Source: a virus. Taken from it: a DNA stretch of 64,000 nt. Each line of letters starts with the position of its first letter. Position 1 is the stretch's first letter. The stretch is from positions 16,563 to 80,562 of IMG/VR virus record IMGVR_UViG_3300017987_000073; one strand, 5' to 3'. The position numbers were made by a program, and so were the translations under genes. This document shows, piece after piece, positions 1-9,504 of this stretch. A model generated the notes under the pieces. The model saw only the letters and a list, made by a program, of their open reading frames with translations, was not told the DNA's origin and did no database searches.

Positions 1-198
1 GTGCTTCCACTTGATCCCCACCTTCCGGATGAAGGGAGCCGCGCTCCCCGACTCGATCCGGTCCTCGGACTTGTGCGAGACCCGCCCGCACTCCTCGACC
101 AGCCGGAGGGCGTGATCCGCCCACGCCGAGTCGTACTTCGGGGTGATCATCTCGGCGTGGGGTCTCACCACGACCAGCTCCGCTCTCTTCTCGGTCAT
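1..198 (-). CDS. thyX: FAD-dependent thymidylate synthase ThyX, N-terminal part (runs off the window)
   Basis: Not in the ORF track; translated by hand from ATG 198 (ATGA overlap with the dCMP deaminase stop): MTEKRAELVVVRPHAEMITPKYDSAWADHALRLVEECGRVSHKSEDRIESGSAAPFIRKVGIKWKH. This matches the ThyX N-terminal pattern E-x-x-GR-x-x-x-KSE...F...H. Confidence 0.75.
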   Translation of the reverse strand, partial: MTEKRAELVVVRPHAEMITPKYDSAWADHALRLVEECGRVSHKSEDRIESGSAAPFIRKVGIKWKH

Positions 199-827
199 AA
201 CAGCCTCCCTTTCAACCGCTCGACGCCCAGTTGCGCGAGCTCGACCCCGGCGCGCCGGAGCAGTTTGCAAGCCTCCTCCGAGAGCCCGTACCGGCTCCCG
301 TAGTCCTCGGCGAAGACGACCCGCGAGATCCCGACCCGAAGGAACCGCTTCGAGCAGTCCCAGCAGGCGCTCGCCGTCGTGTAGACCGTCCCGCCCTTCG
401 GGGACACCCCGTCGAGCGCGCACTGGAGGAGCGCGTTCTCCTCCGCGTGAAGCGTCCGAACGCAGTGACCCCCGCTCATCAGGTGCCCCCCGACCAACTT
501 CGCCCCGCACTCGGGGCAGAGCGGCGGTCCGTCGTCCCGCGGCCTCACCTCCAGGTTGGGCGCGGCCGCGATCAACTCGACCTCCGCTCGATCGGCCTCC
601 CACTCGCACTCGGGACAACGATACTCGTCGCAGTGGGGCTCCCCCGGGGGGCTCCCGTTGTACCCCCCGGCGATTATCCGGTTGTCCACCGTGATCACAG
701 CCCCGACCCCGTGCCTCCCCGGGTCGAAGAGGAGCTCCGGTCCGCGGTCGCAAGTGGAGCGCGTCGCCGCCAGATGAGCGTGCAGCATGAAGAACTCGTC
801 CCAGGGGAGACGTGGAATTCTGAACAT
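195..827 (-). CDS. dCMP deaminase with an inserted CPEC...CPEC zinc ribbon
   Basis: W-D-E-F-F-M start, RSTC, VGAVI, GYNG, HAEENAL and CWDC zinc-deaminase motifs. Confidence 0.92.
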   Translation of the reverse strand: MFRIPRLPWDEFFMLHAHLAATRSTCDRGPELLFDPGRHGVGAVITVDNRIIAGGYNGSPPGEPHCDEYRCPECEWEADRAEVELIAAAPNLEVRPRDDGPPLCPECGAKLVGGHLMSGGHCVRTLHAEENALLQCALDGVSPKGGTVYTTASACWDCSKRFLRVGISRVVFAEDYGSRYGLSEEACKLLRRAGVELAQLGVERLKGRLL

Positions 828-836
828 CTCAACCTC

Positions 837-1346
837 CTACACCACGTTGGGGGCGGTCGCCGCCTTCCTCCAGATCTCGAGGTCCAGCTCCCGCGGGGTC
901 TGTCCCCGTCGATCGGCCTCCTCCAGGAACTCGCGCTCGAGCTCCTCGTACTCCCGGACTGTTTTGGGGGGTCGAGCGTTCATCCACCGTAACACGTGTC
1001 GATCGAGGACCGCGAACCGCGCTTCCGGTCGCGTCCATACGACGAAGAACCGGCTCGTCTTTGGTCCGATCCCGGGAATCCGCTCCAACTCCCTCGGGTG
1101 ACAAGTCCTCAGTTCCGGTTGTCTCCGGGAGAACTCGAGAAACGCCTTCTCGAGAATTCCATACCGCCCCGCGTTCGCCGCTCGAAGATCCTCCGGATGC
1201 GCAACCAAGTGATTGATTGGACTCCCCTCACCTCGAGCGAGGTGTATCTCCTTTAGTCGAGCGATCACCACGTTAGCGAATCGCGCCGACTTCCCGGCCA
1301 CCACGATCGCGTAGATCAGGTGCCACTCGAGCTCGACTTCGCTCAT
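837..1346 (-). CDS. HhH DNA glycosylase/AP lyase, Ogg (8-oxoguanine glycosylase)-like
   Basis: HhH LERIPGIGPKTSRFF with catalytic Lys, AVLDRHVLRW with catalytic Asp, Y-x-ELE and ELDLEIW C-terminus. Confidence 0.8.
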   Translation of the reverse strand: MSEVELEWHLIYAIVVAGKSARFANVVIARLKEIHLARGEGSPINHLVAHPEDLRAANAGRYGILEKAFLEFSRRQPELRTCHPRELERIPGIGPKTSRFFVVWTRPEARFAVLDRHVLRWMNARPPKTVREYEELEREFLEEADRRGQTPRELDLEIWRKAATAPNVV

Positions 1347-1738
1347 CTACGCCCCCTGTTCAGGATCGCCCGGCACTCGTGGCAACGTGGTTGCAGATCC
1401 ACGACTCCCGGCGCCGTCACCCGGAGCCCGACCCGCTGGACCGTCTTCCACCTCCCGCACCCCCCGCACTTCACCTTGACCCGCGCCTCCGTCTCGCCCG
1501 GGGAACCGCTCTCCTTGTTCGCGAACGTCCGCAGGAAGCGGAGGTCCACCCTCGCCCCGTTCACGAGCACACTCGTTCCGTTCACGCTCATCAGCTCGGG
1601 CGTCTCGTCCTCCAGGCCCAGCTCGATCAACCCTCGACGCAACGACCGCACCTCCGCCGCGCTCAGGTGCCAGGACCGGCTCCCGACCCTCAGCTTGTAC
1701 CGCTTCCCGTCGCTCGCCCGCTCGATCTCAATCGCCAT
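1343..1738 (-). CDS. hypothetical protein with C-terminal CxxC...CxxC
   Basis: Overlaps both neighbours; CGGC and CHEC motifs. Confidence 0.6.
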   Translation of the reverse strand: MAIEIERASDGKRYKLRVGSRSWHLSAAEVRSLRRGLIELGLEDETPELMSVNGTSVLVNGARVDLRFLRTFANKESGSPGETEARVKVKCGGCGRWKTVQRVGLRVTAPGVVDLQPRCHECRAILNRGRR

Positions 1739-2135
1739 CGAGGACCTCCTCCACGCGGTTGACCGCCTCCGCCATCTGGTGATGCGCCTCGCCTCCGATT
1801 GTCTTCATCCGCCGAACCATCAGGCGCCCGGCGGCGACCCGAGCCGTCAGGCGCACCGCCGCGATCGTCTCCTGCTCCTCCGGAGAGATCGCCTCCCCGT
1901 CCTTGATCTCCTCCGCGGCCCTAAGAAGCGAACGACAAGCGGCGATAAACGTCCGAATCGGCGCCTTCCTGTCCTCCCGCTTGGCGACCACCGCGACCGG
2001 CGTCTTCCGCCCGAAGAGCCCGAGCTCCGCCACGCGGTAACCCGCCGCCTCGAGCTCCCGCTGGAGCCGCTTCAGAGCCGCCACCTCCGCGGGGTCGAAC
2101 CCCACCGCCAGCAACTTCGTCTCGCTCTCGTTCAT
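1728..2135 (-). CDS. hypothetical protein
   Basis: ATG 2135 (MNESETKLL) preceded by GGAGG RBS. Confidence 0.65.
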   Translation of the reverse strand: MNESETKLLAVGFDPAEVAALKRLQRELEAAGYRVAELGLFGRKTPVAVVAKREDRKAPIRTFIAACRSLLRAAEEIKDGEAISPEEQETIAAVRLTARVAAGRLMVRRMKTIGGEAHHQMAEAVNRVEEVLDGD

Positions 2136-2260
2136 CTCGACCTCCACCCCTTGTAACGGCGTATGCGCCCGCTGGAGGCGCCGGTGACCCCGGCGTCCCT
2201 TCCCTCGTCCTCGGTCGTTATGAGCGCCCCAAGGGGCCAGATTTGGACGGAACCGACCCT

Positions 2261-4972
2261 CTAGCCGCAACCGTTGGTGGTGCCGCACGTGGGGCACCGG
2301 TGACAAGCGCCGTTCGGCTCCATGATCGAGCCGCAGTTCGAGCAGGGTGGGCCCGAGACGTGTCGGTGTCGATTACTCGGAACCTCCTCCACCTCGATCG
2401 ACGGCGTCCTCTCCCCTCGCCGCACCCCGTCCGGAAACTCGATCTCGAGCCATCGGAAGATGTAGTCCAGGACGGAGGTAGTCAGTCCGATCTCCTGGTT
2501 CGAGCTGTACCCCGCCGGCTCGAACCGGGTCCGGACGAACTTCTCCTTCAGCACCTCGAACGGGGCTCCATACTGGAGCGCGATCGACGTCGAGGTCGCC
2601 CACGCGTCCAGGAGCCCGGAGACCGTGCTCCCCGTCTTCGCCATCACCACGAAGATCTCCCCGAGTCGTCCGTCGTCGTGCATCCCCGCCGTCACGTACC
2701 CCTCGTGACCGGCGACGTCGATCTTGTGCGTCAAGCTCCGCCGCGTCCCGGGGAGCTTCCGCCGACCGATCACCTTCTCCGGGGGCGTCCACGCGAGGTC
2801 GAGCGTTCGCTTGTTCCCGTTTCCGTTCTTCTTCTTGACCTTGGTCTCGAGCGGCTGGGACTCCTTCGACCCGTCCCGGTAGATGGCGATCGACTTCAGT
2901 CCCAGGTGCCACGACAGGTCGTAGACCGCCTTGACGTCCTCCACCGTGGCGTCGGCCGGGAGGTTGACCGTCTTCGAGATCGACCCGCTCAGGAACGGCT
3001 GAACCGCCCCCAGCATCCGGACGTGCCCCTCCCAGGGGATCGACCTCCCCGCCGTGTCGGGGAGCGCGCAGTCGAAGACCGGGAGGTGCTCCTCCCTCAC
3101 GACCCCGTCGAGGCGCCCCGTCTCCCGGAGCTGGCGAACGGCTCGCTTCATATCACCCACCGGGTACCCGAGCCGCAGGAGCGCCCGATCGACCGCCCGG
3201 TTCTCGTAGGTCATCTCCCCGCCCCCGACCAGCTTCTTCGTCTTCAGAAGCGCCAGATCCGGCTCGATCCCCGTCGTGTCGCAGTCCATCATAAACGCGA
3301 TCGTCCCCGTCGGCGCGAGTAGGGTCGTTTGAGCGTTCCGAAACCCGTGCTCCCCCCCGAGCTCGACCGCCTCGTCCCACGCCTCCCGAGCGCGGACGAC
3401 CAGGTCCACCGGGGCGAGGGCGTACTCCTCCTGAATCGCCGTCCGGTGCCGATCGATCACGCCCCGCATCGCCGCGGCGTTCGCCGCGTACCCGACGAAG
3501 GGCCCCTTGACCGCGGCGATCTCCGCCGCGCGCCGGTAGGCGACCCCCGTCATCAGAGCGGTCACCCCCGCGGCGAACTCCCGGCCGGCCTCCGAGTCGT
3601 AGGGGAGACCTCTCGCCATCAAAGTCGCCCCGAGGTTCGCGTACCCGAGCCCCAGCGGTCGAAACGTCCGACTGTTCTCGTGGATCCCCTTGGTGGGGTA
3701 GCTCGCCCGGTCGACCAGGATCTCCTGGGCGAGGATCAACGTCTCCACCGCGTGGGTGAAATGATCGATCAGGAACCCTCCCCCCGAGTCCAAGAACTTC
3801 AGGAGGTTGATCGAGGCGAGGTTGCAGGCGCTCTCGTCCAGGAACATAAACTCCGAACATGGGTTCGAGGCGTTGATCCTCCCGTCCGTCGGGCAGGTAT
3901 GCCAACGGTTCGCCGCGTCGTCGAACTGGAGTCCAGGATCCCCGCACGCGTGCGACGTCTCCGCGATCAGGTCCAGGAGCTCGCGAGCGTTCACCTCCCC
4001 GACCTCCTCGCCCGTCTTCCGCGCGATCAGCGGCCACCTCTCGCCGGCGTCCGCCGCCCGCATAAAGGCGTCCGTCACCCGAATCGAGTGGTTCGCGTTC
4101 TGGAAGAACACCGACGCGTAAGCCTCCCCGTCGATCCCCTCGCCGTACCCCGCCCGCACGAGCGCCCGCGCCTTCTCCTCCTCGGCGCGCTTGCACTTGA
4201 CGAACTCCACGATGTCCGGGTGGTCGACGTTCAACGAGACGATCTTCGCCGCCCGTCGCGTCCGACCCCCCGACTTGATCACGCCGGCGAACGCGTCGTA
4301 ACCCTTCATAAAGGAGATCGGACCGGACGCGGTCCCGCCCGTCGAGAGCTGCTCCTCCCGACCGCGCAGGTTGGATAGGTTCACGCCGGCGCCGCTCCCG
4401 TACTTGAAGATCATCCCCTCGGTCTTCGCCAGGTCGAGGATCGACTCCATCGTGTCCTTCACGTGGTTGATGAAGCACGCCGAGCACTGCGGCCGCTCCT
4501 CCACCCCCACGTTGAACCAGACCGGGGAGTTGAACGCCGCCCGCTGCGTCACCAGGAGGTGGGCGAGCTCGGCCTCAAACGCCCCTCGATCTTCACCCAC
4601 CTCGAAGTACCCGTCCGCCAACCCCCAGTCGGCGATCGTCCGGACGACCCGCTCGATCAACCCCCGAACCGAGTCCTCCCGCTCCGGCGTCCCGAGGCGC
4701 CCGCGAAGGTACTTCGAAGCGACCACGTTGACCGCCATCTGACTCCAGTTCTCCGGCGCCTCGACCCCCGTTTGCTCGAAGACCACCCCGCCCTTCCCCT
4801 CGATCCTCGCGTCGCGTCGCTTCCACGGTCCCGCCCCCTCGAAGACCCGATCCAACCATTCACCCCTCTCGGTGAAGAGTCGCTTGACCCTCCTCCGAGG
4901 TCCCATCTCCTCGCGCGTCTCCGTCCTCCTGACTTCCTTGACTTCCGTCGTGACCGTGAGCTCCGGTGCCAT
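2261..4972 (-). CDS. nrdJ: class II (adenosylcobalamin-dependent) ribonucleotide reductase
   Basis: FNSPVWFN, QCSACFI, RRAAK, NPCSEF, CNLASINL, APTGTI and SISKTVN motifs; C-terminal domain ending CxxC...CxxC...C; ATG 4972 with AGGAG RBS. Confidence 0.96.
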   Translation of the reverse strand: MAPELTVTTEVKEVRRTETREEMGPRRRVKRLFTERGEWLDRVFEGAGPWKRRDARIEGKGGVVFEQTGVEAPENWSQMAVNVVASKYLRGRLGTPEREDSVRGLIERVVRTIADWGLADGYFEVGEDRGAFEAELAHLLVTQRAAFNSPVWFNVGVEERPQCSACFINHVKDTMESILDLAKTEGMIFKYGSGAGVNLSNLRGREEQLSTGGTASGPISFMKGYDAFAGVIKSGGRTRRAAKIVSLNVDHPDIVEFVKCKRAEEEKARALVRAGYGEGIDGEAYASVFFQNANHSIRVTDAFMRAADAGERWPLIARKTGEEVGEVNARELLDLIAETSHACGDPGLQFDDAANRWHTCPTDGRINASNPCSEFMFLDESACNLASINLLKFLDSGGGFLIDHFTHAVETLILAQEILVDRASYPTKGIHENSRTFRPLGLGYANLGATLMARGLPYDSEAGREFAAGVTALMTGVAYRRAAEIAAVKGPFVGYAANAAAMRGVIDRHRTAIQEEYALAPVDLVVRAREAWDEAVELGGEHGFRNAQTTLLAPTGTIAFMMDCDTTGIEPDLALLKTKKLVGGGEMTYENRAVDRALLRLGYPVGDMKRAVRQLRETGRLDGVVREEHLPVFDCALPDTAGRSIPWEGHVRMLGAVQPFLSGSISKTVNLPADATVEDVKAVYDLSWHLGLKSIAIYRDGSKESQPLETKVKKKNGNGNKRTLDLAWTPPEKVIGRRKLPGTRRSLTHKIDVAGHEGYVTAGMHDDGRLGEIFVVMAKTGSTVSGLLDAWATSTSIALQYGAPFEVLKEKFVRTRFEPAGYSSNQEIGLTTSVLDYIFRWLEIEFPDGVRRGERTPSIEVEEVPSNRHRHVSGPPCSNCGSIMEPNGACHRCPTCGTTNGCG

Positions 4973-4980
4973 CTCTCCTC

Positions 4981-5340
4981 CTAGAATCCGCAGGCGTCCA
5001 GGCGCCTGATGAACTTGGTTTTGAACTGCTCGAGCGTCCAGCTCGACGCCGGCGTGCTCCCCCCCTCGAACTCCTCGGAACAGAATCGGGCGATCTCGCC
5101 GGCGATCCGCCGATCCTCCGGCGCCAATCTCTTGATGAACAGCGAAACGTCGAAGATCCCCTCCTCCACCGGACTCCACCGGATCAACGACGACAACTTC
5201 TCCAGGTCGTACCGCCGCGCGAACGACGGTCGCTCCCACTTCCCGAACCTCTTGACGAACTCCTCGTCCCCCTCCGTCGCCTCCCTGACCCGCTGCACCG
5301 CGCTCTCGACCAAATTGTCCACGACCGAACCCTTCGACAT
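4981..5340 (-). CDS. hypothetical protein
   Basis: GAGGAG RBS, phage-like codon pattern. Confidence 0.65.
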   Translation of the reverse strand: MSKGSVVDNLVESAVQRVREATEGDEEFVKRFGKWERPSFARRYDLEKLSSLIRWSPVEEGIFDVSLFIKRLAPEDRRIAGEIARFCSEEFEGGSTPASSWTLEQFKTKFIRRLDACGF

Positions 5341-5356
5341 TCGGCTCCTCCTCTCG

Positions 5357-5563
5357 TTACTGGTTGCAGTCGCCGCAGACGTAGATCCGCGGCGAGTCGG
5401 GTCCGGCGTTGGGTGGGATCGTCTTGAGCTTGGAGGCGGGGAACTCGCGACCGCAGCGAACGCAGGTGATCAGCTTCTCACCGAACAGAGATCCCGGATC
5501 TTCCTCCGGTTTCGATCTCCTCGGTCTTATTGCGTTTCTCCTGCCGGATGGCGCGATCTTCAC
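5357..5563 (-). CDS. small zinc-finger protein
   Basis: CVRC...CGDC; GAGGAG RBS. Confidence 0.55.
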   Translation of the reverse strand: MKIAPSGRRNAIRPRRSKPEEDPGSLFGEKLITCVRCGREFPASKLKTIPPNAGPDSPRIYVCGDCNQ

Positions 5564-5637
5564 GGAACGAACTCCTCGCGAACCCTCCCAGCTTACCCAC
5601 CCGCTGGACCCTTCGACAGGTTAATGGTTTCATAAAA

Positions 5638-6327
5638 TCAAGGTGTGATTATCCGCCGCTCACCCGGGGGCGGGAGCTTCGGTCCACCCTCCTCGTCCAG
5701 CTTCGCCAGCCGCGACTCGAGCTGCTCCACGAGCTCGCTCACCTCCTTCGAGAGGGCGATCCCAGAAGCCCGAACCTCCTCGACGAACTCCCGCGCCCGC
5801 TCCAGATCCCGCGCCTGGAGGTACAGCGAGAGCACCATCGGCACGTCCACCGCCTCCGAACCGAGCTCCCCGGAGAGCTCCCGGAGCCGCGCGGCGATCT
5901 CGAGCCGCCGGTCGTTCTCGACCCCCTCGCTCTGCGCCTCCTGCGCCAGCGCGGCGCGCTCCTTCATCAGGTCCGCCTTCCGCTGCACCGCCTCGCGCGT
6001 CCCGCCGTCCCACCCCGCGTGGTTGGCGTCGAGCCACTGCTCGATACAGTTGATCACCGTCGAGGCGGAGTTGTTCGCCCGCACGAGCTCCCGAACGGTC
6101 TTCGAGATCTTGTTCTGCTCCGCCGCGAAGGTGTGGAAGTTCGTCGTCAAGTCGTCGACCTTCCGAACGAGCGCCGGGAACTCCCCCTCGAGCCGCGCCA
6201 CCTTCTCCGCGAGCTCCTTTCTCTTCTTGCCCTCCAGTTGCGCCCCGAGGACCTTGATGTCGCTCAACTGCTCCTTGACCTCGGCGATCTCCTTCTCCAG
6301 ATCTCGCTTCGTTTTCGTCGCGCTCAT
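5638..6327 (-). CDS. coiled-coil hypothetical protein
   Basis: Heptad-rich helical sequence; ATGA coupling and RBS. Confidence 0.7.
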   Translation of the reverse strand: MSATKTKRDLEKEIAEVKEQLSDIKVLGAQLEGKKRKELAEKVARLEGEFPALVRKVDDLTTNFHTFAAEQNKISKTVRELVRANNSASTVINCIEQWLDANHAGWDGGTREAVQRKADLMKERAALAQEAQSEGVENDRRLEIAARLRELSGELGSEAVDVPMVLSLYLQARDLERAREFVEEVRASGIALSKEVSELVEQLESRLAKLDEEGGPKLPPPGERRIITP

Positions 6328-6671
6328 TCGCTCCCTCCTATCAGGCGAAGCACCGCCTCCGCCTCGTTGGTCATCATCGCGTGCACCACCCGGGCCACCA
6401 CCCGCCAGAACGCCCCGCCCTGGCGGTCCCGCGGAAGATCGAGATCCCGGTCGTCCTGGAGGAGCTCGAGGTGTTGATCCACCGAAAGCACCGGCCCGAG
6501 CGTCCGGAGCCTCTCCTCCGGCTCCGGAGCCGAGACGTTCCCCGCGACCAGCGCCTTCCCCAGGTCCCGCGCCACCTCCTCCGGGCAGTCCCTCAGCTCG
6601 CCCTCGACCCGCGCCCGCTCCAGGAGCCAGGCGAGCGTCGAGCTTCTGATCACCGCGTAGCCGTCGCTCAT
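6324..6671 (-). CDS. hypothetical protein
   Basis: ATG 6671 (MSDGYAV) overlaps the upstream stop. Confidence 0.65.
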   Translation of the reverse strand: MSDGYAVIRSSTLAWLLERARVEGELRDCPEEVARDLGKALVAGNVSAPEPEERLRTLGPVLSVDQHLELLQDDRDLDLPRDRQGGAFWRVVARVVHAMMTNEAEAVLRLIGGSE

Positions 6672-7351
6672 TCCAACCCCCTCGCGTCGAACCGCGCCGG
6701 TCCGAGCCCGACCCCCGGGAAGTGCTTGTGACGCTCCGTCCCGTCCGCCAAGTCGACCAACTTCTTCGCGGCCCCCTCCACCGGCGCCGTCTCCGCGTCC
6801 ACCGGGACCTCCGCCTCGGGCAGTCGCCGCACCCCGACCAGCTCCGGAGCCAGCAGGTGGTAGACCCCCAAGTTCGGCGGTCGGTGCCAATAGTCGAGGG
6901 CGATCCGGAGCGCGTGGTCCATCACCTCGTGGATCTGCACCTTCGCCCGCGTGGTGAAGGACGAGGGCTCACTCGTCGTCCCCAGCGTCACGAACCGCTT
7001 GACCGGCGCGCCGGCGTTCACCAGGTTCAGGAGAAGGTCGACCCCGCCGTTGACGTACCCGCTCCACGCCACCCGGTAGAGGGCCCACTCCCGCTCCACC
7101 GGGTGTCGACACGCCAGGTGAATCACCGCCTCGACCTCCCCGAACCGCTCCACCTGGAAGTGCGCGTGGTTCACGTCCGCCCGGACGTAGGTCACCGAAT
7201 GCTGTGGGTTCCGGAACTTCGGCTCCTCCCCCTCGTCCAGCCAGCACGTCGAGTGATCGTCCACCACGATCGCTCGGTGCCCCCGCTCGACCAACTCGTC
7301 GACCACGTGGGACCCCACGAATCCGCACCCACCCGGGATCAGAACGATCAT
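6668..7351 (-). CDS. NAD-dependent epimerase/dehydratase-like (extended SDR), shortened and degenerate
   Basis: GGCGFVGSHVV Rossmann motif, VIHLA; no YxxxK motif visible; only 227 aa. Confidence 0.75.
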   Translation of the reverse strand: MIVLIPGGCGFVGSHVVDELVERGHRAIVVDDHSTCWLDEGEEPKFRNPQHSVTYVRADVNHAHFQVERFGEVEAVIHLACRHPVEREWALYRVAWSGYVNGGVDLLLNLVNAGAPVKRFVTLGTTSEPSSFTTRAKVQIHEVMDHALRIALDYWHRPPNLGVYHLLAPELVGVRRLPEAEVPVDAETAPVEGAAKKLVDLADGTERHKHFPGVGLGPARFDARGLE

Positions 7352-7698
7352 CGGTGAGCTCCGATCCGGCGCTTCCGCCGCGTCGTCTTCCTCACCCGCT
7401 TTGCGCTCCGCTTCGGCTTCAGAGTGATCGTCTGCGCGATCACGTCGACGCTAGCCACCTCCATCCACCACCCCTTTACCGGCCCGACTTCGTCGCCGAC
7501 GTTGAACCGGGGCCACCCGTCGGGAACGGCGGTTCCCGGGAGCGGCTCGCTGTCCGGCTCGAGCTCCTCCACCCTCTTCTTCGCTCGAGCGAGCACCTGC
7601 TCCACCGTCTCCGGAGGCTTCCTCGGCGGGAGGATTTTCTCCACCCCGTCCTTCAGGTCCTTCGCCACCTCGTGCAACCTTCCAGTATCTGGGTTCAT
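7348..7698 (-). CDS. hypothetical protein
   Basis: GGAG RBS; coupled to the next gene. Confidence 0.65.
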   Translation of the reverse strand: MNPDTGRLHEVAKDLKDGVEKILPPRKPPETVEQVLARAKKRVEELEPDSEPLPGTAVPDGWPRFNVGDEVGPVKGWWMEVASVDVIAQTITLKPKRSAKRVRKTTRRKRRIGAHR

Positions 7699-7813
7699 TT
7701 TCCATCTCCTTCAACTTCGCGAAAACCGGGGTCGCGTCCGGCGCGTGTTTCTTCAGGAGCTCGCGGAGCTCCCGGATCTCACGACGTCCGTCCTCCAGGT
7801 GGAAGGTCGTCAA
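7695..7813 (-). CDS. small hypothetical protein (3' end uncertain, possible indel)
   Basis: MTTFHLEDGRREIRELRELLKK...; one extra A at 7698-7701 would give an ATGA overlap with the next gene. Confidence 0.35.
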
Positions 7814-8046
7814 CCGATCGACGCTCTCGTCCAGAGGAGCGCGACCACCTCCTCCTCCATCCGATCGGTCTGCTCCCCCTCCCCGGTCCGGGCCCGCTGG
7901 AGCGCCAAGCGGAGCGCCTCCCGCGCCGGTGAGTTGTTCACCTGCGTCTCGTCGTCGAGACCGATCAGATCCTCGTCCACCTCGATCTCGAACTCGTGCA
8001 TCACCGCCGGCCGGTACACCCGGACGTAGAACGAGCTAACTCCCAT
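7810..8046 (-). CDS. hypothetical protein
   Basis: ATG 8046 (MGVSSFYV) with GGAGGAG RBS. Confidence 0.6.
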   Translation of the reverse strand: MGVSSFYVRVYRPAVMHEFEIEVDEDLIGLDDETQVNNSPAREALRLALQRARTGEGEQTDRMEEEVVALLWTRASIG

Positions 8047-8362
8047 AGCTCTCCTCCCAGTAGTGAGGCGACTCCAAGGCGAGCGCCTCGAGCTCCTCCA
8101 CCGTCCGCTCCTCCGTCCCCGCGTCCTTGGCTTCGTCGCACATGAACTCCCCGTGCCAGCACGCGGCCCGGTGACAAGCGGCACAGACCGTCACCGTCCG
8201 CACCTCCTCACACCACGACGTCACCCCAAGGTTGTCCAGGAGGTTCCACAGAACCTCGTTCAACGCCTTCGGATCCTCCTCCTCGAGATCGACCGTGGTC
8301 TCCGCCGTGTCCTCGTTCCCGTTTCCCCGCGAAACCGAGACACCCACCTTGAACCGCTTCAC
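8036..8362 (-). CDS. hypothetical Cys-rich protein
   Basis: GTG 8362 overlapping the amidase stop; CAACHRAACWHGEFMC. Confidence 0.6.
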   Translation of the reverse strand: MKRFKVGVSVSRGNGNEDTAETTVDLEEEDPKALNEVLWNLLDNLGVTSWCEEVRTVTVCAACHRAACWHGEFMCDEAKDAGTEERTVEELEALALESPHYWEESYGS

Positions 8363-9504
8363 TTGATCCTCCAGGACTTCAACTCGCGGTCGAGTCGCCC
8401 GTTCGTCGCCGGCCCGGCGTCCCCGTCCACCTTCAACCCTCGCCCTCGCTGGAAGATCCGCACCGATCGTCGAACCAGGTTCGGGTCGGCCTCGACCCCT
8501 CCCACGTAGTAACCGAGGCGATGCAGCGCCTCGATCGTCTCGTGGGGCGTGTCGATCACCCCCTCGATCCTCCGGGGATCGAAGTCGTCGATATCCTCCT
8601 CCGCCCGATCGGCCTGACGCTCGTCGAGCTCCTGGATCATCCACGGATCGTCGTCGTCCTTGAATCCGTCCTCGACGTCGTCGTACTCGGCGAGCCAGAC
8701 CAGATCGTCCACGTGCGTCTTGTCGAAGAGCACCGCGTTCCGGAGCTCGTGGAGATCCACCGGGAGGACGACGTCGTTCTTGTGGGGGTTCACGTTGTGG
8801 TGAGCGAGCATCCAGAGCGGATCTAGCGACTCGGGGTACAACGCGTTCAGGTACCGCAGGATCGTGATCACCGTGGCCAACGACCCGCGGGAGAACGACT
8901 CCCAGAAGGACACGCCGCCCGACGTCTTGATCCGGATCACCTTCATCCCCGCCGGGATCTTGGTCGTCCACTGCTCAGGCCACCAGTAGAAGTCGAGATC
9001 CTCGACGTCGTGACTCCCGAACTTGAAGAACTCGTCCCGCGTGATGTTCTCCGGGTTCGGACTCTTTCCCTTCAGGCACGGACGCAGAATCCCCGCGTTG
9101 CGAATCTCGGTCCCCGCGAGGTACCGATTGACGTGCCCCGCGTGCCACGAGGGTTGATAGGGGGGAACCACCTGCACAGCCTCCGCCCGGAGGTCATTGT
9201 CGAGCTCGAGCTCCTTCCGGAGCGCGTCGAAGCGCCGGTCGAGCGCCTTCGCGATCACCCAGTTGGAGGACGCCCGGTGCCCGAGCACGAAGTGTCGGAT
9301 CGTCCCGGAGTACTTGACCCCCGCCGTGAAGTGGAGTATGTGCCCGATCGGGTGCTCGTACAGCCACTCGTCGTAGCAATTCCCCGTCGGCCAGTGGGGG
9401 TGAAGCGTCTTCATCGCGACCCGAACGTACTCGGCCGAGTAGGCGGCGAACCTCTCGAAGAAGTCCTTCGCCTCCGCCTTGGTGTAGTGCGTCACTCTGT
9501 TCAT
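8359..9504 (-). CDS. N-acetylmuramoyl-L-alanine amidase (Amidase_2) with C-terminal peptidoglycan-binding domain; probable endolysin
   Basis: ILHFTAG, SWHAG, GTEI and AHH..NPHKND zinc-amidase motifs; LHRLGY...VRIFQRGRGLKVDGDAGPAT PG_binding_1 motif. Confidence 0.88.
   Translation of the reverse strand: MNRVTHYTKAEAKDFFERFAAYSAEYVRVAMKTLHPHWPTGNCYDEWLYEHPIGHILHFTAGVKYSGTIRHFVLGHRASSNWVIAKALDRRFDALRKELELDNDLRAEAVQVVPPYQPSWHAGHVNRYLAGTEIRNAGILRPCLKGKSPNPENITRDEFFKFGSHDVEDLDFYWWPEQWTTKIPAGMKVIRIKTSGGVSFWESFSRGSLATVITILRYLNALYPESLDPLWMLAHHNVNPHKNDVVLPVDLHELRNAVLFDKTHVDDLVWLAEYDDVEDGFKDDDDPWMIQELDERQADRAEEDIDDFDPRRIEGVIDTPHETIEALHRLGYYVGGVEADPNLVRRSVRIFQRGRGLKVDGDAGPATNGRLDRELKSWRIK

Noticed and set aside
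2136-2260. Hairpin-rich spacer after nrdJ as a cobalamin riboswitch or ncRNA
   Set aside because: It is downstream rather than upstream of nrdJ, no B12-box was recognised, and the hairpins are explicable by GC content.
2261-4972. Inteins or introns in RNR, PolB, DnaB or RecA
   Set aside because: Motif spacing and lengths look normal; no C...HN splice junctions or LAGLIDADG motifs seen.
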